DNA of 64,000 nt. Source: Armatimonadetes bacterium UBA1398. GTDB taxonomy: Bacteria; Armatimonadota; Zipacnadia; UBA1398. The notes beneath the pieces were generated by a model. It was not told where the DNA came from, did not search any database, and saw nothing but the letters and a program-made list of their open reading frames with translations. The first letter of the stretch is position 1; every line of letters begins with the position of its first letter. Shown here in pieces: positions 45,829-57,618 of the stretch. The translations under genes were made by a program, and so were the position numbers. The stretch is taken from assembly GCA_002305165.1 (NCBI GenBank), contig DBQI01000026.1, positions 5,398-69,397 of the forward strand. The letters run 5' to 3'.

Positions 45829-47736
45829 TTACCGCCCCAGGGCGATAAGACCAAGCACGAGCAGGAATGCGCCGGTGAGTATAACCAACACATAGTCGCG
45901 AATACGGCCCGTCTGCGTGCGGGTCTGCCTCTCCGATCCCCAACCCACTGCCGCCGCCACTCCGTTCACGAGTCCGTCGACAACACGGGGGTCGAATCGG
46001 TCGCTCACCGCCTGTGCCAATCTCGACAGGGGCGACACGACAACGGCGGCGTAGACCTCGTCCACGTACCACTTGTTGGCCAGCAGCGTGTGGACTCCGC
46101 CGAGGGCCTTCCGCAGTCGCTCCTCGCCCTGTGCCCCTCGCACCCTGAACAGGCTGGCCGCCGCGAACAAGCCTCCGATAGCCAAGGCGAGAGAGATGCC
46201 CATCAGTGCCAGTTCGAGCCTAGCGGGCATGTGGGCCGCGCCGTGGGCGTCCGGAAGAAGCGGCGCGAGGTATCCCGCTAGGAAGTGGGGCAGGCCGAGG
46301 CCAGCCGGCAGGCCGAGCAGCCCTCCGAACACCGCCAGCACCGCAAGCACGACCAGCGCGAAGGTCATGCTCGGTGGCGACTCATGGACCTTCTCCCAGG
46401 CCTGGTCCCGCATGCGGCGTCCGCTGTAGAACGTGAGGAACAGCACGCGCCCCATGTAGAAGGCAGTTAGGAGGGCGCAGGCGATCCCTATCACATAGAG
46501 CCCACGGTTCGCCTGGAAGGCATGGGCAAGGATCTCGTCTTTCGAGAAGAACCCGGCCAGTGGGAATACCCCTGCGATGGCCAAGGTCGCGGCGAGAAAG
46601 GTCCAATGGGTGGTGCGCATCTTGTCCTTCAGGCCACCCATATTCATGATGTCCTGCTCCTCGTGGCAGGCATGGATCACGCTGCCGGAGCCGAGGAACA
46701 GGCAAGCCTTGAAGAAGGCATGGGTGACCAGGTGGAAGATGGCCGCGACGTACGCGCCGATCCCCGCCGCGAGGAACATGTATCCGAGTTGACTGACGGT
46801 CGAGTAGGCCAGCACACGCTTGATGTCCCGTTGGCCAACAGCGATAGTGGCCGCGAAGATGGCCGTCAAGGCTCCAACCCACGCGACAAGCACACCCGCC
46901 GACTCGGGGTGGTGAAAGAGAGGATGCATGCGCACGACCAAGTAGACGCCGGCGGTCACCATGGTCGCGGCGTGAATCAGAGCGGAAACCGGGGTCGGGC
47001 CCTCCATGGCGTCGGGCAACCAGACGTAGAGGGGCAACTGCGCGGACTTACCCGTAGCGCCCACGAAGAGCAACAGGGTGATCCACCGGACATCGACCGC
47101 CGTGGCGAGCTCCAGGCGCTCGAAGATCTCGTGGAATTCAAGGGTCGCGAACACCTTCCAGCACCAGAACATCGCGACAAGGAAGCCCGCATCACCGATG
47201 CGGTTCACGGCAAAGGCCTTGAAGCCCGCTCGTGAGGCGCTCTCCCGACGATGCCAGAAGCCGATGAGCAAGTAGGAGCACAGCCCCACGCCCTCCCAAC
47301 CCACGAACATGAGTGGGAGATTCGACGCGGTCACGAGGATGAGCATCGCGGTAAGAAACAGGTTCATGTTGGTGAAGAACCGCACGTAGTCCCGGTCGTG
47401 GGCCATGTACCCGAGACTGTAGACGTGGATCAGGAACCCGACGCCGGTAACAGTCAGGCACATGACACTGGAGAGCGGATCCAGACGCAGGGCGAAATCC
47501 ACCGTTAGGTTACCGGCTTGGATCCAGGTGAAGTAGGACGCCCGGACGATCTCCTGGCCGCTGGCACCGAGTGCGATGTGCTGCAGTATGGCAACCACAA
47601 AGGCGAAACCGGCGGCCACGCAGGCGATCACGCCGTGAGTCACCCGGCCACGGAGCCGCTGAGGCCAGAGCCCGTTGATGAGCGCGCCCAGGGCCGGGCC
47701 CAGCAGCACAAGCCAGAGGGTATCCAGGGGAGACAA
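45829..47736 (-). CDS. nuoL: NADH-quinone oxidoreductase subunit L
   Basis: GWEGVG, NRIGD, KSAQLPLYVWLPDAMEGPTPVSALIHAATMV, HAFFKA. Confidence 0.97.
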   Translation of the reverse strand: MSPLDTLWLVLLGPALGALINGLWPQRLRGRVTHGVIACVAAGFAFVVAILQHIALGASGQEIVRASYFTWIQAGNLTVDFALRLDPLSSVMCLTVTGVGFLIHVYSLGYMAHDRDYVRFFTNMNLFLTAMLILVTASNLPLMFVGWEGVGLCSYLLIGFWHRRESASRAGFKAFAVNRIGDAGFLVAMFWCWKVFATLEFHEIFERLELATAVDVRWITLLLFVGATGKSAQLPLYVWLPDAMEGPTPVSALIHAATMVTAGVYLVVRMHPLFHHPESAGVLVAWVGALTAIFAATIAVGQRDIKRVLAYSTVSQLGYMFLAAGIGAYVAAIFHLVTHAFFKACLFLGSGSVIHACHEEQDIMNMGGLKDKMRTTHWTFLAATLAIAGVFPLAGFFSKDEILAHAFQANRGLYVIGIACALLTAFYMGRVLFLTFYSGRRMRDQAWEKVHESPPSMTFALVVLAVLAVFGGLLGLPAGLGLPHFLAGYLAPLLPDAHGAAHMPARLELALMGISLALAIGGLFAAASLFRVRGAQGEERLRKALGGVHTLLANKWYVDEVYAAVVVSPLSRLAQAVSDRFDPRVVDGLVNGVAAAVGWGSERQTRTQTGRIRDYVLVILTGAFLLVLGLIALGR

Positions 47737-47743
47737 AGCCCGC

Positions 47744-48064
47744 CTATCCCTTCAGATCGGACATAGTGTCGACGTCTACGGACCGTCGGTTATGGAACAC
47801 CGCAACAACCAGAGCCAGCCCAACGGCTACCTCAACGGCGGCGAGGGCTATCAGGAAGAGCGCGATCACCTGGCCGTTCACATCGGTGTGAGCCCGGGCG
47901 GCGGCGACGAACACCAGCGACGCCGAGGTCAGCATGAGTTCAACGCACATGAGCATCACGAGCACATTGCGGCGGGTGCAGAAGCCTGCGGCGCCGATGG
48001 TGAAGAGAAGAGCGGCTACGAGGATATACACCTGCAGGGGCACGAACTGCATCCTACGCCTCAC
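47744..48064 (-). CDS. nuoK: NADH-quinone oxidoreductase subunit K
   Basis: RRNVLVMLMCVELML, GQ, AAVEVAVGLAL. Confidence 0.95.
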   Translation of the reverse strand: MRRRMQFVPLQVYILVAALLFTIGAAGFCTRRNVLVMLMCVELMLTSASLVFVAAARAHTDVNGQVIALFLIALAAVEVAVGLALVVAVFHNRRSVDVDTMSDLKG

Positions 48065-48683
48065 GCTCCCCTTCCGTGTCCCCGGCCTGGCTATCGTATC
48101 GGAGGCCCTTAGCCAAAACCATCACTCCGACCATCGCGGCGATCAACAGTATGGATATGACCTCCAGGGTTAGCACGTTCTCGGCAGAGAAGAGCGCTTG
48201 GCCCACGTTCGCGGGGCTGCCAAAGGGGTGGGCCGACGCGATCACATCGCCCTGGGTCGGCGAGGGTCTTGCTGGCGGAGGCGCGGTAGGTGCTTGCCCC
48301 CATTGGAGCTGGGGAAGATCGCCCGAGAAACCCGCCGCGACGAATAGACAGAGGAGGCCGAAGGCCACTGCCACGCTCGCCCATCTGCCAGGACCGGCGT
48401 TCCTGAGGGAGGCAGGCTCCTTACCAGCGGCGAGCAGCATGATGACGAAAAGGAAGAGCACTACCACGGCGCCGACGTAGACGAGCACCTGGACGACGGC
48501 GATCAGGTCGGCCGCCAAGGTGACAAACAGCACCGCGACCGCGATCAGTGTCATAACCAGCCACAGCGCCCCACGGACCACGTCCCGTCGCGTGACCATC
48601 ATCATCGCGCTCACAACAGCCAGCAGCGAGGCGATAGTGACGATGACGAATTGGGGGGCTGACGCCCACTCAACTAGACTCAT
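48054..48683 (-). CDS. nuoJ: NADH-quinone oxidoreductase subunit J
   Basis: QVLVYVGAVVVLFLFVIML, E..SILLIAAMVG; start trimmed to ATG 48683. Confidence 0.93.
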   Translation of the reverse strand: MSLVEWASAPQFVIVTIASLLAVVSAMMMVTRRDVVRGALWLVMTLIAVAVLFVTLAADLIAVVQVLVYVGAVVVLFLFVIMLLAAGKEPASLRNAGPGRWASVAVAFGLLCLFVAAGFSGDLPQLQWGQAPTAPPPARPSPTQGDVIASAHPFGSPANVGQALFSAENVLTLEVISILLIAAMVGVMVLAKGLRYDSQAGDTEGEREA

Positions 48684-48714
48684 GAACGCGCCGCTCCTCC
48701 GATGTCCTTCCGGC

Positions 48715-49254
48715 TTAGTGGCTCCTGGGGTTCGCGAAGTCCTCGGCCTCGCGGTTCTCGATGGGGCCCCACTTGTGGTTGCAGTCATACATCCAGGCGG
48801 ACGGATCCTGGGCCGCCCCGTAGGCGTTCTCGAGCAGCATCTCCTTGGTGAACACCATGCCCGTCCGGGAGTAAAGCGCCAGATCGTAGTTCCGGGTCAT
48901 GCGGATAGCGTCCTCCGGACAGGCGAGGACGCAGAATCCGCAGTAGATGCACCGGTACATGTCGATGTCATAGACCGCAGCGTGCCGCTCTGTCGTGTTC
49001 ACCGGGTTCGCCTCGGTGGTCTCCTCTGGGATGACCGTGATGGCGCCGCTTGGGCACGCGGCGGCACAGAGGGAACAGCCCACGCACAGCTCCTTGCCAT
49101 CCGTGCCTCGCGCGAGGTAGTGGATGCCACGGACGCGAGACCCGTGAACCGGCCGCTCCTCGGGGTACTGGATCGTCGTGGGCTTACGCAACGCGTACTT
49201 CAGCGTTGTGGCAAAGCCGCCAGCGACAGCCCAGACATCCTGCAAGATACCCAT
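48715..49254 (-). CDS. nuoI: NADH-quinone oxidoreductase subunit I
   Basis: TIQYPEE; CVGCSLCAAACP and CIYCGFCVLACP. Confidence 0.95.
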   Translation of the reverse strand: MGILQDVWAVAGGFATTLKYALRKPTTIQYPEERPVHGSRVRGIHYLARGTDGKELCVGCSLCAAACPSGAITVIPEETTEANPVNTTERHAAVYDIDMYRCIYCGFCVLACPEDAIRMTRNYDLALYSRTGMVFTKEMLLENAYGAAQDPSAWMYDCNHKWGPIENREAEDFANPRSH

Positions 49255-49299
49255 CAGTGCAACGTCCTCTGTCCTAGTCCCAGCGAATCCGCCGGGCTG

Positions 49300-50325
49300 C
49301 TACCGCAGGAAGGTCTTGAGCGCGCCCATCAGGAGGGTCACGCCCAGTGCCGCCGGCAGTAGGCCTTTCCAGCCGAAGCTCATGAGTTGATCGTACCGCA
49401 GCCTGGGCAGAGTGCCCCTGACCCATACGAAGAAGACCATGAACGCGGCTGTCTTTATTAGGAAGTAGGCGCAACCCAGTATGAACCCCAGGACTGGGCT
49501 GCTGCTATAGAGATCCTCGACTCCGGGGCCTCCCCAGCCGCCTAGGTAGAGCGCCACCGTGAGCGCCGCGATGTTCCACATGGCGGCATACTCCGCCATG
49601 AAGAACGTCGCGAACTTCATGCTCGAGTACTCGGTGTGGTAGCCGCCCACCAGCTCCGACTCGGCCTCCGGCAGGTCGAACGGGCTCCGGTTCGTCTCCG
49701 CGTGGGCGATGATCACCATCATGACGAAGGGCAGGAGCCCCAGAGGGAAGTAGTGCATGGCGTGCCAGTTCAGTACGCCGCCCCTCTGGTTGTTCACGAT
49801 CTCAACCATATCGAGTGAGCCGGCAAGCAGCGCTGGGATCAGGGCCACGGTGGCCAGAGAAAGCTCGTAGCTGACCATCTGCGCCGCCGACCGGAGCGAT
49901 CCCATCACTGGGTACTTCGAGTTCGATGACCAGCCGCTGAGGAATAGACCATACACTTGAACGCTGGAGATGGCCAGAACCAGCAATAGCCCCACGGAGA
50001 GCCGGGTCACGTAGCCATGCGGGCCGATAGAATACGGGATGAGCAGCATCCCCATGAAGGCCGGCACCGCCATGAGGGCCGGCGCGAGCAGATAGAGCCC
50101 GCGGTCGGCACTCAGCGGCGCGATGGTCTCCTTCATCGCGAGCTTGATGGCATCGGCAAAAGGCTGGAAGAGCCCGAGAGGCCCGCAGCGGTTCGGCCCG
50201 TAGCGCTGCTGGAGTCTGGCAACCACTCGCCGTTCGGCCCAGATCATCACTGGGACGACGCCCGCGACCACGAACAGGGTGGCCACGATTACCTTCGCAA
50301 GCATGATGAGGATCTCGATCAACAC
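49300..50325 (-). CDS. nuoH: NADH-quinone oxidoreductase subunit H
   Basis: ERR..Q.RYGPN, ADAIK, AQMVSYE, ETNRSPFDLPEAESEL, PRLRYDQLM. Confidence 0.97.
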   Translation of the reverse strand: MLIEILIMLAKVIVATLFVVAGVVPVMIWAERRVVARLQQRYGPNRCGPLGLFQPFADAIKLAMKETIAPLSADRGLYLLAPALMAVPAFMGMLLIPYSIGPHGYVTRLSVGLLLVLAISSVQVYGLFLSGWSSNSKYPVMGSLRSAAQMVSYELSLATVALIPALLAGSLDMVEIVNNQRGGVLNWHAMHYFPLGLLPFVMMVIIAHAETNRSPFDLPEAESELVGGYHTEYSSMKFATFFMAEYAAMWNIAALTVALYLGGWGGPGVEDLYSSSPVLGFILGCAYFLIKTAAFMVFFVWVRGTLPRLRYDQLMSFGWKGLLPAALGVTLLMGALKTFLR

Positions 50326-50391
50326 ATTGGCACCTTTTCGGCCAACATTCGATCAATGCTCACAATCCGTCGGGGCCCGCGTTAGATGGCC

Positions 50392-52468
50392 CTACGAGGC
50401 TATCATCTCTCCCTGCTCCCCGATGGGAGCTGCCCATGGTCGCAGCGTCTCCGCCGTCTCGGCCATAGACCGTCGGACTGCGTCTGCGGTGAGTTCGCCG
50501 TGCCACAGCCCAAGGGCCGCACACAGCCGCCCAACTACTCGCAGACCCGGCATCGTGCATTCAATAGGTTCGTTTGTGGGGATCGACTGCTGGAGTCGTC
50601 CCTCGAAGTTCACGAAGGTGAACGGCTCCTCAGCGAAAGATGCCGAGGCGAGCTTCACCGTGGCGAGCTCGGATGTGGCATTGCGGTTGGTTCCCAGGTA
50701 CACAAGGCTGGAGAGTCCGCGAACGGCCTCCACGAGTTCAGGCGAGGCGTCGCATAGGGGATCGCCGCCAACCACGATCAGAGCGTTGAGGTCTCCCGCA
50801 AGCAGAGCCTGCCGCCAGGGCCGTGTCTCACCCGAACCGCGTGCGTCTGCGCGCGGGGAGCAGCCGACGAGACGCAGCCCCCTAGAGTTGGCCCCGCCCA
50901 CCAGAATGCCAGCCTTCACGGGCATCTTCCGGTCTGCCTGGAGTGACCGGGTGAGCCTGTCCAGCGCGCTTCGCGCAGGAGCGTACTCACCTGTGGGCAA
51001 GGCCCCCACGATCAGCGCCGGCCGCTTGGCGGCACTGATGCGCTCCACCAGCCCTCGCAACCACTCGGCTGGGATGCCGGTCTCGGTGGATACCCGCGTG
51101 AGTGTGCTCGCGTCCGCGGAGGCCACCAGATCGGCCATACCGTTCAGGAACGCCACCGCCTGCCCTGGCTGGAGATCCGCATGGTCCGTCGCGAGGCGCT
51201 TGAGGTCCGGCGCCCAATCGGGAGCCCCGATGGCAACCATACTCAGTTTGCCCTCCAAGGCCCGGCGGTTCAGGCGGAGCCACAGGATCGGCTGATCCTC
51301 GAGGATGTTGGCCGAGACCAGTATCACCGGGTCGGAGTACATGAGGTCCATGATGGTCCCAGGGAAGGGCCCCGCGAGATCGAAGTCGTCCTCCACGTAG
51401 ATGCTCGAGGCCTTCAGGCCATCACTCATGAACCGTTGGAGCAGGAAGCCCGTCTCGCAGGGCGTTGCCGGGTCGACCACCGCGGCGATGCTCTCGATGT
51501 CGGCGAGGGCCGACACGGTCCGCTCGACCGCCGTCTCCCATGGCACCCGGACACCGTCCACCTCGGGCGCAACCAGACGGTCATCCTGCACCCAGGCGTA
51601 GTCATACCGACCGCGATCACAGATCCAGTTGTCGTTGACGTAGTAGTTCGTGCGAGGCTGCACGCGGCAGAGGGTTCCGAGCCGTCCCCCTAGGGTCAGG
51701 CTGCATCCCACCGCGCAGTGCGGGCACACCCCGGGGGTGTCCGCCAGTTCCCACGGGCGCGCAGAGAATCGGAAGTACTCACTGGTCAGCGCGCCGACGG
51801 GGCAGAGGTCGATCGTGTTGCCCGCGAAGCGCGCCTTCCCTATAGGCTCCTTCAGGGCGGGCTCGATGACGCTGTGCCCACCGCGTTCATGGAACTCGAA
51901 GACCTGTTCGGAGGCCCACTCCGAGAGGAAGCGAGTACAACGGTAGCAGACGATGCAGCGCTCCTGATCGAGCACGATGGAGGCGCCGATGCGCCGTGCT
52001 TTGTCCTGGTTCAGGCGAGACTCCGTGAAGAGCTGGCGACCGGGGCCGCACAGCATCGTCATTTCCTGGAGTTCGCACTCGCCGCCCTTGTCGCAGATGG
52101 GGCAGTTGAGCGGGTGATTGGCGAGGATGAACTCAATAATGTTCGCTCGCCCCTGGAGCACCTTCTCGGAATCGGTGACGATCTTCATGCCCTCGGTGCA
52201 TTCCAGGGTGCAGGAGGTTTGCAGGGTCGGCATCTCTCGGTAGACGGGCTCGCCCGTCTCGTCGTCCTTCACCGGCTCGCCTGTCGCGCGATCGATAACG
52301 GGGTTGAATGCTTGGACCAGGCATACGCGGCAGGCGCCGAGCACGGATAGCGATCCGTGGTAGCAGAAGCGGGGAATGTGGATACCGATAGAGTCGGCGG
52401 CGGGCATCACGCGGGTGCCCTTGGGGACGGTGAGCTCCTGCCCATCGATCGTCAGCTTCACCATGCTG

Positions 52469-52479
<11 letters not shown>
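50392..52479 (-). CDS. nuoG: NADH-quinone oxidoreductase subunit G (with N7-type cluster motif)
   Basis: IPRFCYH..GACRVC, HPLNCPICDKGGECELQ, CIVCYRC..CPVGAL, CPHCAVGC..CDRGRY; ATG 52479 after GGAG. Confidence 0.93.
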
Positions 52480-53812
<1,333 letters not shown>

Positions 53813-53970
53813 ACGCGTCGACCTAACTTCCATGGGTGGAGAGCAGGTGCCCGTTCCCGTGCCTCGCAGGCACATGCACCTACCGAAAACCAGAGGCACC
53901 TATTCTGCCCTGACGGGTACCGTCCTCCCCTGCTTCGAACTTCGGCGGGCGTGCACGCCCTCAGCCGAGC

Positions 53971-54000
53971 TTGTCCGGCCCGGCGGCGCCGTGCTATCAT
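53971..54000 (+). promoter_or_regulatory. Sigma70-type promoter of prs
   Basis: TTGTCC-18-TATCAT with extended -10 TG. Confidence 0.55.
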
Positions 54001-54023
54001 GCGGGGCCTGGAGCGATCCCCTG

Positions 54024-54962
54024 ATGAAGCTGTTCACGGGCAACGCCAACCGTAAACTAGCCGGAGACATCGCGGACTGCCTGGGCATTCCTCTGGGCGA
54101 CGCGGATGTTCGCCGTTTCTCCGATGGCGAGTGCAGAATCACTATCAAGGAGTCGGTGAGGGGCCGCGATGTGTTCATCGTGCAGCCCACGTGCTCTCCG
54201 ACGAACGATCATCTCGTCGAGCTGCTGATTATGCTGGACGCCTGTCGGAGAGCCTCGGCGTCGCGGATCACCTGCGTTATCCCTTACTACGGTTATGGGC
54301 GGCAGGACCGCAAATGCGGGCCGCGCGAGCCGATCGCGGCGAAACTCATCGCCGATATGCTCGTAACCGCGGGGGCGTCCAGGATCCTGTCGGTCGAGCT
54401 CCACGCCGATCAAATCATGGGTTTCTTCAACATTCCGGTGGATCAGCTGAGCGTGGGAGGCTTGTTCGCCGACTATGCACGCACCCATGTGTTCACGAAC
54501 GGGGGCACCGACGCCGTCGTCGTGAGTCCCGACGTCGGCGGCGTAGCAGCGGCCCGTCAGTTCGCGGATCGTCTGGGCACCCAACTCGTGATCGTGGCGA
54601 AGCGGAGGAAGCAGGCCAACGTCTCTGAGGCGATGGAAGTCATCGGCGATGTTGAAGGCAAGCTTTGCATTTTCCGCGACGATATGATAGATACCGGTGG
54701 TTCGATGGTCGAGGGAGCGTCCGCGCTCATGAAGCGTGGCGCTGGGCGCGTCATGGCCTTCGGCACCCATGCGGTGCTCTCTGGCCACGCGTCCAAGCGC
54801 CTGGCAGCCTCGTCTTTCGAGAAAGTGGTTGTCTCGGATACCATTCCGGTGCCGGCAGAGAAGCGCTTCCCGCAGCTTGACGTGCTGTCGGTAGCGCCTC
54901 TCTTGGCGTCGGGGATCCGATGCATCCACGAGGGCCGCTCCGTGAGTGGCCTCATACGCTAG
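54024..54962 (+). CDS. prs: Ribose-phosphate pyrophosphokinase
   Basis: FSDGE, PYYGYGRQDRK, LHADQI, VSPDVGG, DDMIDTGG; start ATG 54024. Confidence 0.97.
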   Translation: MKLFTGNANRKLAGDIADCLGIPLGDADVRRFSDGECRITIKESVRGRDVFIVQPTCSPTNDHLVELLIMLDACRRASASRITCVIPYYGYGRQDRKCGPREPIAAKLIADMLVTAGASRILSVELHADQIMGFFNIPVDQLSVGGLFADYARTHVFTNGGTDAVVVSPDVGGVAAARQFADRLGTQLVIVAKRRKQANVSEAMEVIGDVEGKLCIFRDDMIDTGGSMVEGASALMKRGAGRVMAFGTHAVLSGHASKRLAASSFEKVVVSDTIPVPAEKRFPQLDVLSVAPLLASGIRCIHEGRSVSGLIR

Positions 54963-55012
54963 CGAGCAACCGAGGAAAACGGCGGCCGAATGCCGCGGAG
55001 GTCGAGGCTGAC

Positions 55013-55672
55013 ATGGCGAGACTGGAGCTGGAAGCGAAGGTACGGGACGAGTCTGAGCTGGGGAGCGGCCCGGCGGGCAGAATGCGCAAGGCTGGGGAGT
55101 TGCCGGCTATCGTCTACGGGCTTCACCGCGACTCGGTGGCCGTCAAGGTGGGGGAGCGTGACTTCGACGGTCTGCAGCGGCAGATGCGCGGAACCGCCGT
55201 GATCTACCTCCAGGTGGGCGGCATCGAGGAGCCGGTGCTGCTGAAGGAGATTCACAGGCATCCTATCAGCTTACAGCCCTACAACATCGACTTTCTCCGC
55301 GTTGACATGACGAAGCCGATTCAGGTTTCCGTCCAAGTTGTCATCACGGCTCGGCCCGCCGAGTTAGGGCCCGAAGAGGCCTTCACGCAGCCGACGGTCG
55401 AGGTGCAGGTAGAGAGTATGCCGGGGGACATTCCCCCCGTGATCGAGGTAGACGCAAGCGGGGTAACCTACGAGAAGTCCCTGTACGTGTCCGACTTGGA
55501 GGTCCCGAAAGGCGTCACGATCCTGACCGATCCAGAGACAGCGGTTGCCACGGTCGTTCGGGCCGCCCAGGTGCTCGTCGAAGAGCCCTCCGAGGAGGAG
55601 GCTGAGGGTGAGGGTCTTGGCGAGGTGGGCGAGGAGACCGAAGGCGGCGAGGCGCAGGAGGAGAGCGAGTAG
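55013..55672 (+). CDS. rplY: 50S ribosomal protein L25/Ctc
   Basis: G.LPAIVYG, LLKEIHRHPI..IDF, acidic tail; directly follows prs. Confidence 0.92.
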   Translation: MARLELEAKVRDESELGSGPAGRMRKAGELPAIVYGLHRDSVAVKVGERDFDGLQRQMRGTAVIYLQVGGIEEPVLLKEIHRHPISLQPYNIDFLRVDMTKPIQVSVQVVITARPAELGPEEAFTQPTVEVQVESMPGDIPPVIEVDASGVTYEKSLYVSDLEVPKGVTILTDPETAVATVVRAAQVLVEEPSEEEAEGEGLGEVGEETEGGEAQEESE

Positions 55673-55690
55673 TAGCCCCAGCCACAGGGC

Positions 55691-55725
55691 GTGGCCTCAG
55701 GGTGGAGTTGCTTCCCTGAGGCCAC
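55691..55725 (+). terminator. Hairpin after rplY
   Basis: 12-bp stem gtggcctcaggg / ccctgaggccac; no U tract. Confidence 0.5.
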
Positions 55726-55772
55726 CCACCAGTCCCGCCCATACCCATGAACCTCCGGAGGGGTGATTGGAC

Positions 55773-56240
55773 ATGTCCGGGCGGTCCCACACCCCGACCA
55801 TCCAGAACCGTCGCGCACGTCACGAGTACCACATTGACGACACCATCGAAGCGGGCCTGGTGCTACGCGGGTGTGAAGTCAAGTCAATACGCGCAGGCAA
55901 TGCTAGCCTCTCTGAGGCCTACGCGAAGATCGACGCGGGCGAGGTCTGGCTCGTGGGGATGTACGTGCAACCCTACCCTCAGGCAGGGGACAGCAACCCG
56001 GCCCCCACCCGCGACCGCAAGCTCCTGGTGAAGCGATCCGAGATCCGACGACTGCGCAGGGCCACGGAGCAGCGCGGGTACACCCTCGTCCCCCTGAAGC
56101 TCTACTTCCGCCGCGGACTAGCTAAGGTCGAGGTCGGGTTGTGCCGAGGGAAACGGCTACACGACAAGCGTGACGCCATCCGGGAGCGAGACCTGGACCG
56201 CCAGGCCCAGAGGGATCTAGTTGGGCGCGGCGACCAGTGA
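55773..56240 (+). CDS. smpB: SsrA-binding protein
   Basis: NRRARHEY, EAGLVL.G.EVKSIR, RDRKLL, GKRLHDKR. Confidence 0.97.
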   Translation: MSGRSHTPTIQNRRARHEYHIDDTIEAGLVLRGCEVKSIRAGNASLSEAYAKIDAGEVWLVGMYVQPYPQAGDSNPAPTRDRKLLVKRSEIRRLRRATEQRGYTLVPLKLYFRRGLAKVEVGLCRGKRLHDKRDAIRERDLDRQAQRDLVGRGDQ

Positions 56241-56389
56241 CCCCGGCGGATGGCGGATAAGCCTCGGCGGCCAGCCAGCCCCTCTGACACTTGCTCCCTA
56301 CACTGGTGACGAGGCCCTACCGGCGGTTTGGACCTGCCAGCCGTCTCGGCGCCGGATGCGCGCCCGCCGCAGAGCGCGACTCACGCTGC

Positions 56390-56418
56390 TTGCCGCCGAC
56401 CGGCGGATAGTGTACAAA
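56390..56418 (+). promoter_or_regulatory. Candidate promoter of the pst operon
   Basis: TTGCCG-17-TACAAA, about 100 nt upstream of pstS. Confidence 0.45.
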
Positions 56419-56517
56419 TGCATATCCCGGTGGATGCGCCCCTGTGGGCGCGTACCACGCTAACGCGCCCCGCCGCCCCCACAGGCGGCAACGCGGCAAT
56501 CCGTTAGGAGAAGGCGG

Positions 56518-57618
56518 ATGGCAATGAAGCACAGCGGGTCGTTTGTGTTGTGTACGACAGTGGTCCTCCTGGGTCTTGCGCTGGCACTCACGGTAGGCTG
56601 CTCGTCCAAGTCGGGCGACGGCGGCGGCGCGAACCTCCCCACATCTGCGGCGGGCGGCGGAGAGACGTCGGCAGCGGGCGCGGGAGGGGCCGTCAGTGGC
56701 GAGGTGCGCGTAGACGGTTCCAGCACCGTGTTCCCCATCACCGAGGCGGTCGCGGAGGAGTTCGGCATCGAGCACCCCGAAGTCCATGTGGCTGTGGCGT
56801 TCTCGGGCACTGGCGGGGGCATGAAGAAGCTCATCGCGAAGGAGATAGGGCTGGCCGGAGCCTCGCGCCCCATCAAGGCCGAGGAACTGGAGGCGACCAA
56901 GGCGGCTGGCGTGGAGTTCATCGAGTTGCCCGTGGCCTATGACGCACTCGCTGTTGTGGTTCATCCGGAGAACACATGGGCTGAGTCCCTAACCATCGAC
57001 GAACTGCGTATCGCATGGGAACCCGGAGCTCAGAATGTCGTGAAGAGCTGGTCGCAGATCCGCCCCGGCTTCCCCGATGAGCCCCTGGGCCTCTACGGTC
57101 CCGGCGTCGATTCGGGAACCTACGACTACTTCACGGAGGCAGTCTGCGGCGAGGAGGGCGCTAGCAGAGGCGACTTCCAGGCCAGCGAGGATGACAACGT
57201 GCTGGTTCAAGGCGTATCGAACGATCCCGCCGCTCTAGGGTTCTTCGGAATGGCCTACCTGACCCAGAATGAGGGCCTGGTCAAAGCGGTAGCCATAGAC
57301 GACGGCAACCCAGACAACGGCGACGGTCCACAAGCGCCCACCAAGGACAACGTGATCAATGGCGTGTACCGGCCGCTGTCACGTCCCCTGTTCATCTACG
57401 TGAACGTGGAAGCGGCGGCCGATCCGGCCGTGGACGCTTTCGTCCGCTTCTACCTCGACAACGCGGCGGAACTGGCGACGGAGGTCGGCTACGTGCCCCT
57501 TCCTGACAGTGTGTACGATCTCGTCAGGGCCCGCTATGCTGACAGAGTCGTCGGTTCCATGTTCGAGGGGCGGGGCTCCGTCACGGATGCCTCCCTCGAG
57601 GAGATGCTGGGCCAGTAG
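56518..57618 (+). CDS. pstS: Phosphate ABC transporter substrate-binding lipoprotein
   Basis: Lipobox TVGC; DGSSTVFP, SGTGGG, ASR, DSGTYDYF, SEDDN, PLSRPLFIY. Confidence 0.95.
   Translation: MAMKHSGSFVLCTTVVLLGLALALTVGCSSKSGDGGGANLPTSAAGGGETSAAGAGGAVSGEVRVDGSSTVFPITEAVAEEFGIEHPEVHVAVAFSGTGGGMKKLIAKEIGLAGASRPIKAEELEATKAAGVEFIELPVAYDALAVVVHPENTWAESLTIDELRIAWEPGAQNVVKSWSQIRPGFPDEPLGLYGPGVDSGTYDYFTEAVCGEEGASRGDFQASEDDNVLVQGVSNDPAALGFFGMAYLTQNEGLVKAVAIDDGNPDNGDGPQAPTKDNVINGVYRPLSRPLFIYVNVEAAADPAVDAFVRFYLDNAAELATEVGYVPLPDSVYDLVRARYADRVVGSMFEGRGSVTDASLEEMLGQ

Noticed and set aside
56241-56517. tmRNA or tRNA gene next to smpB, and a PHO box before pstS
   Set aside because: No GGGG..CCA acceptor ends or T-arm motif; candidate repeats lack consistent 11-bp spacing
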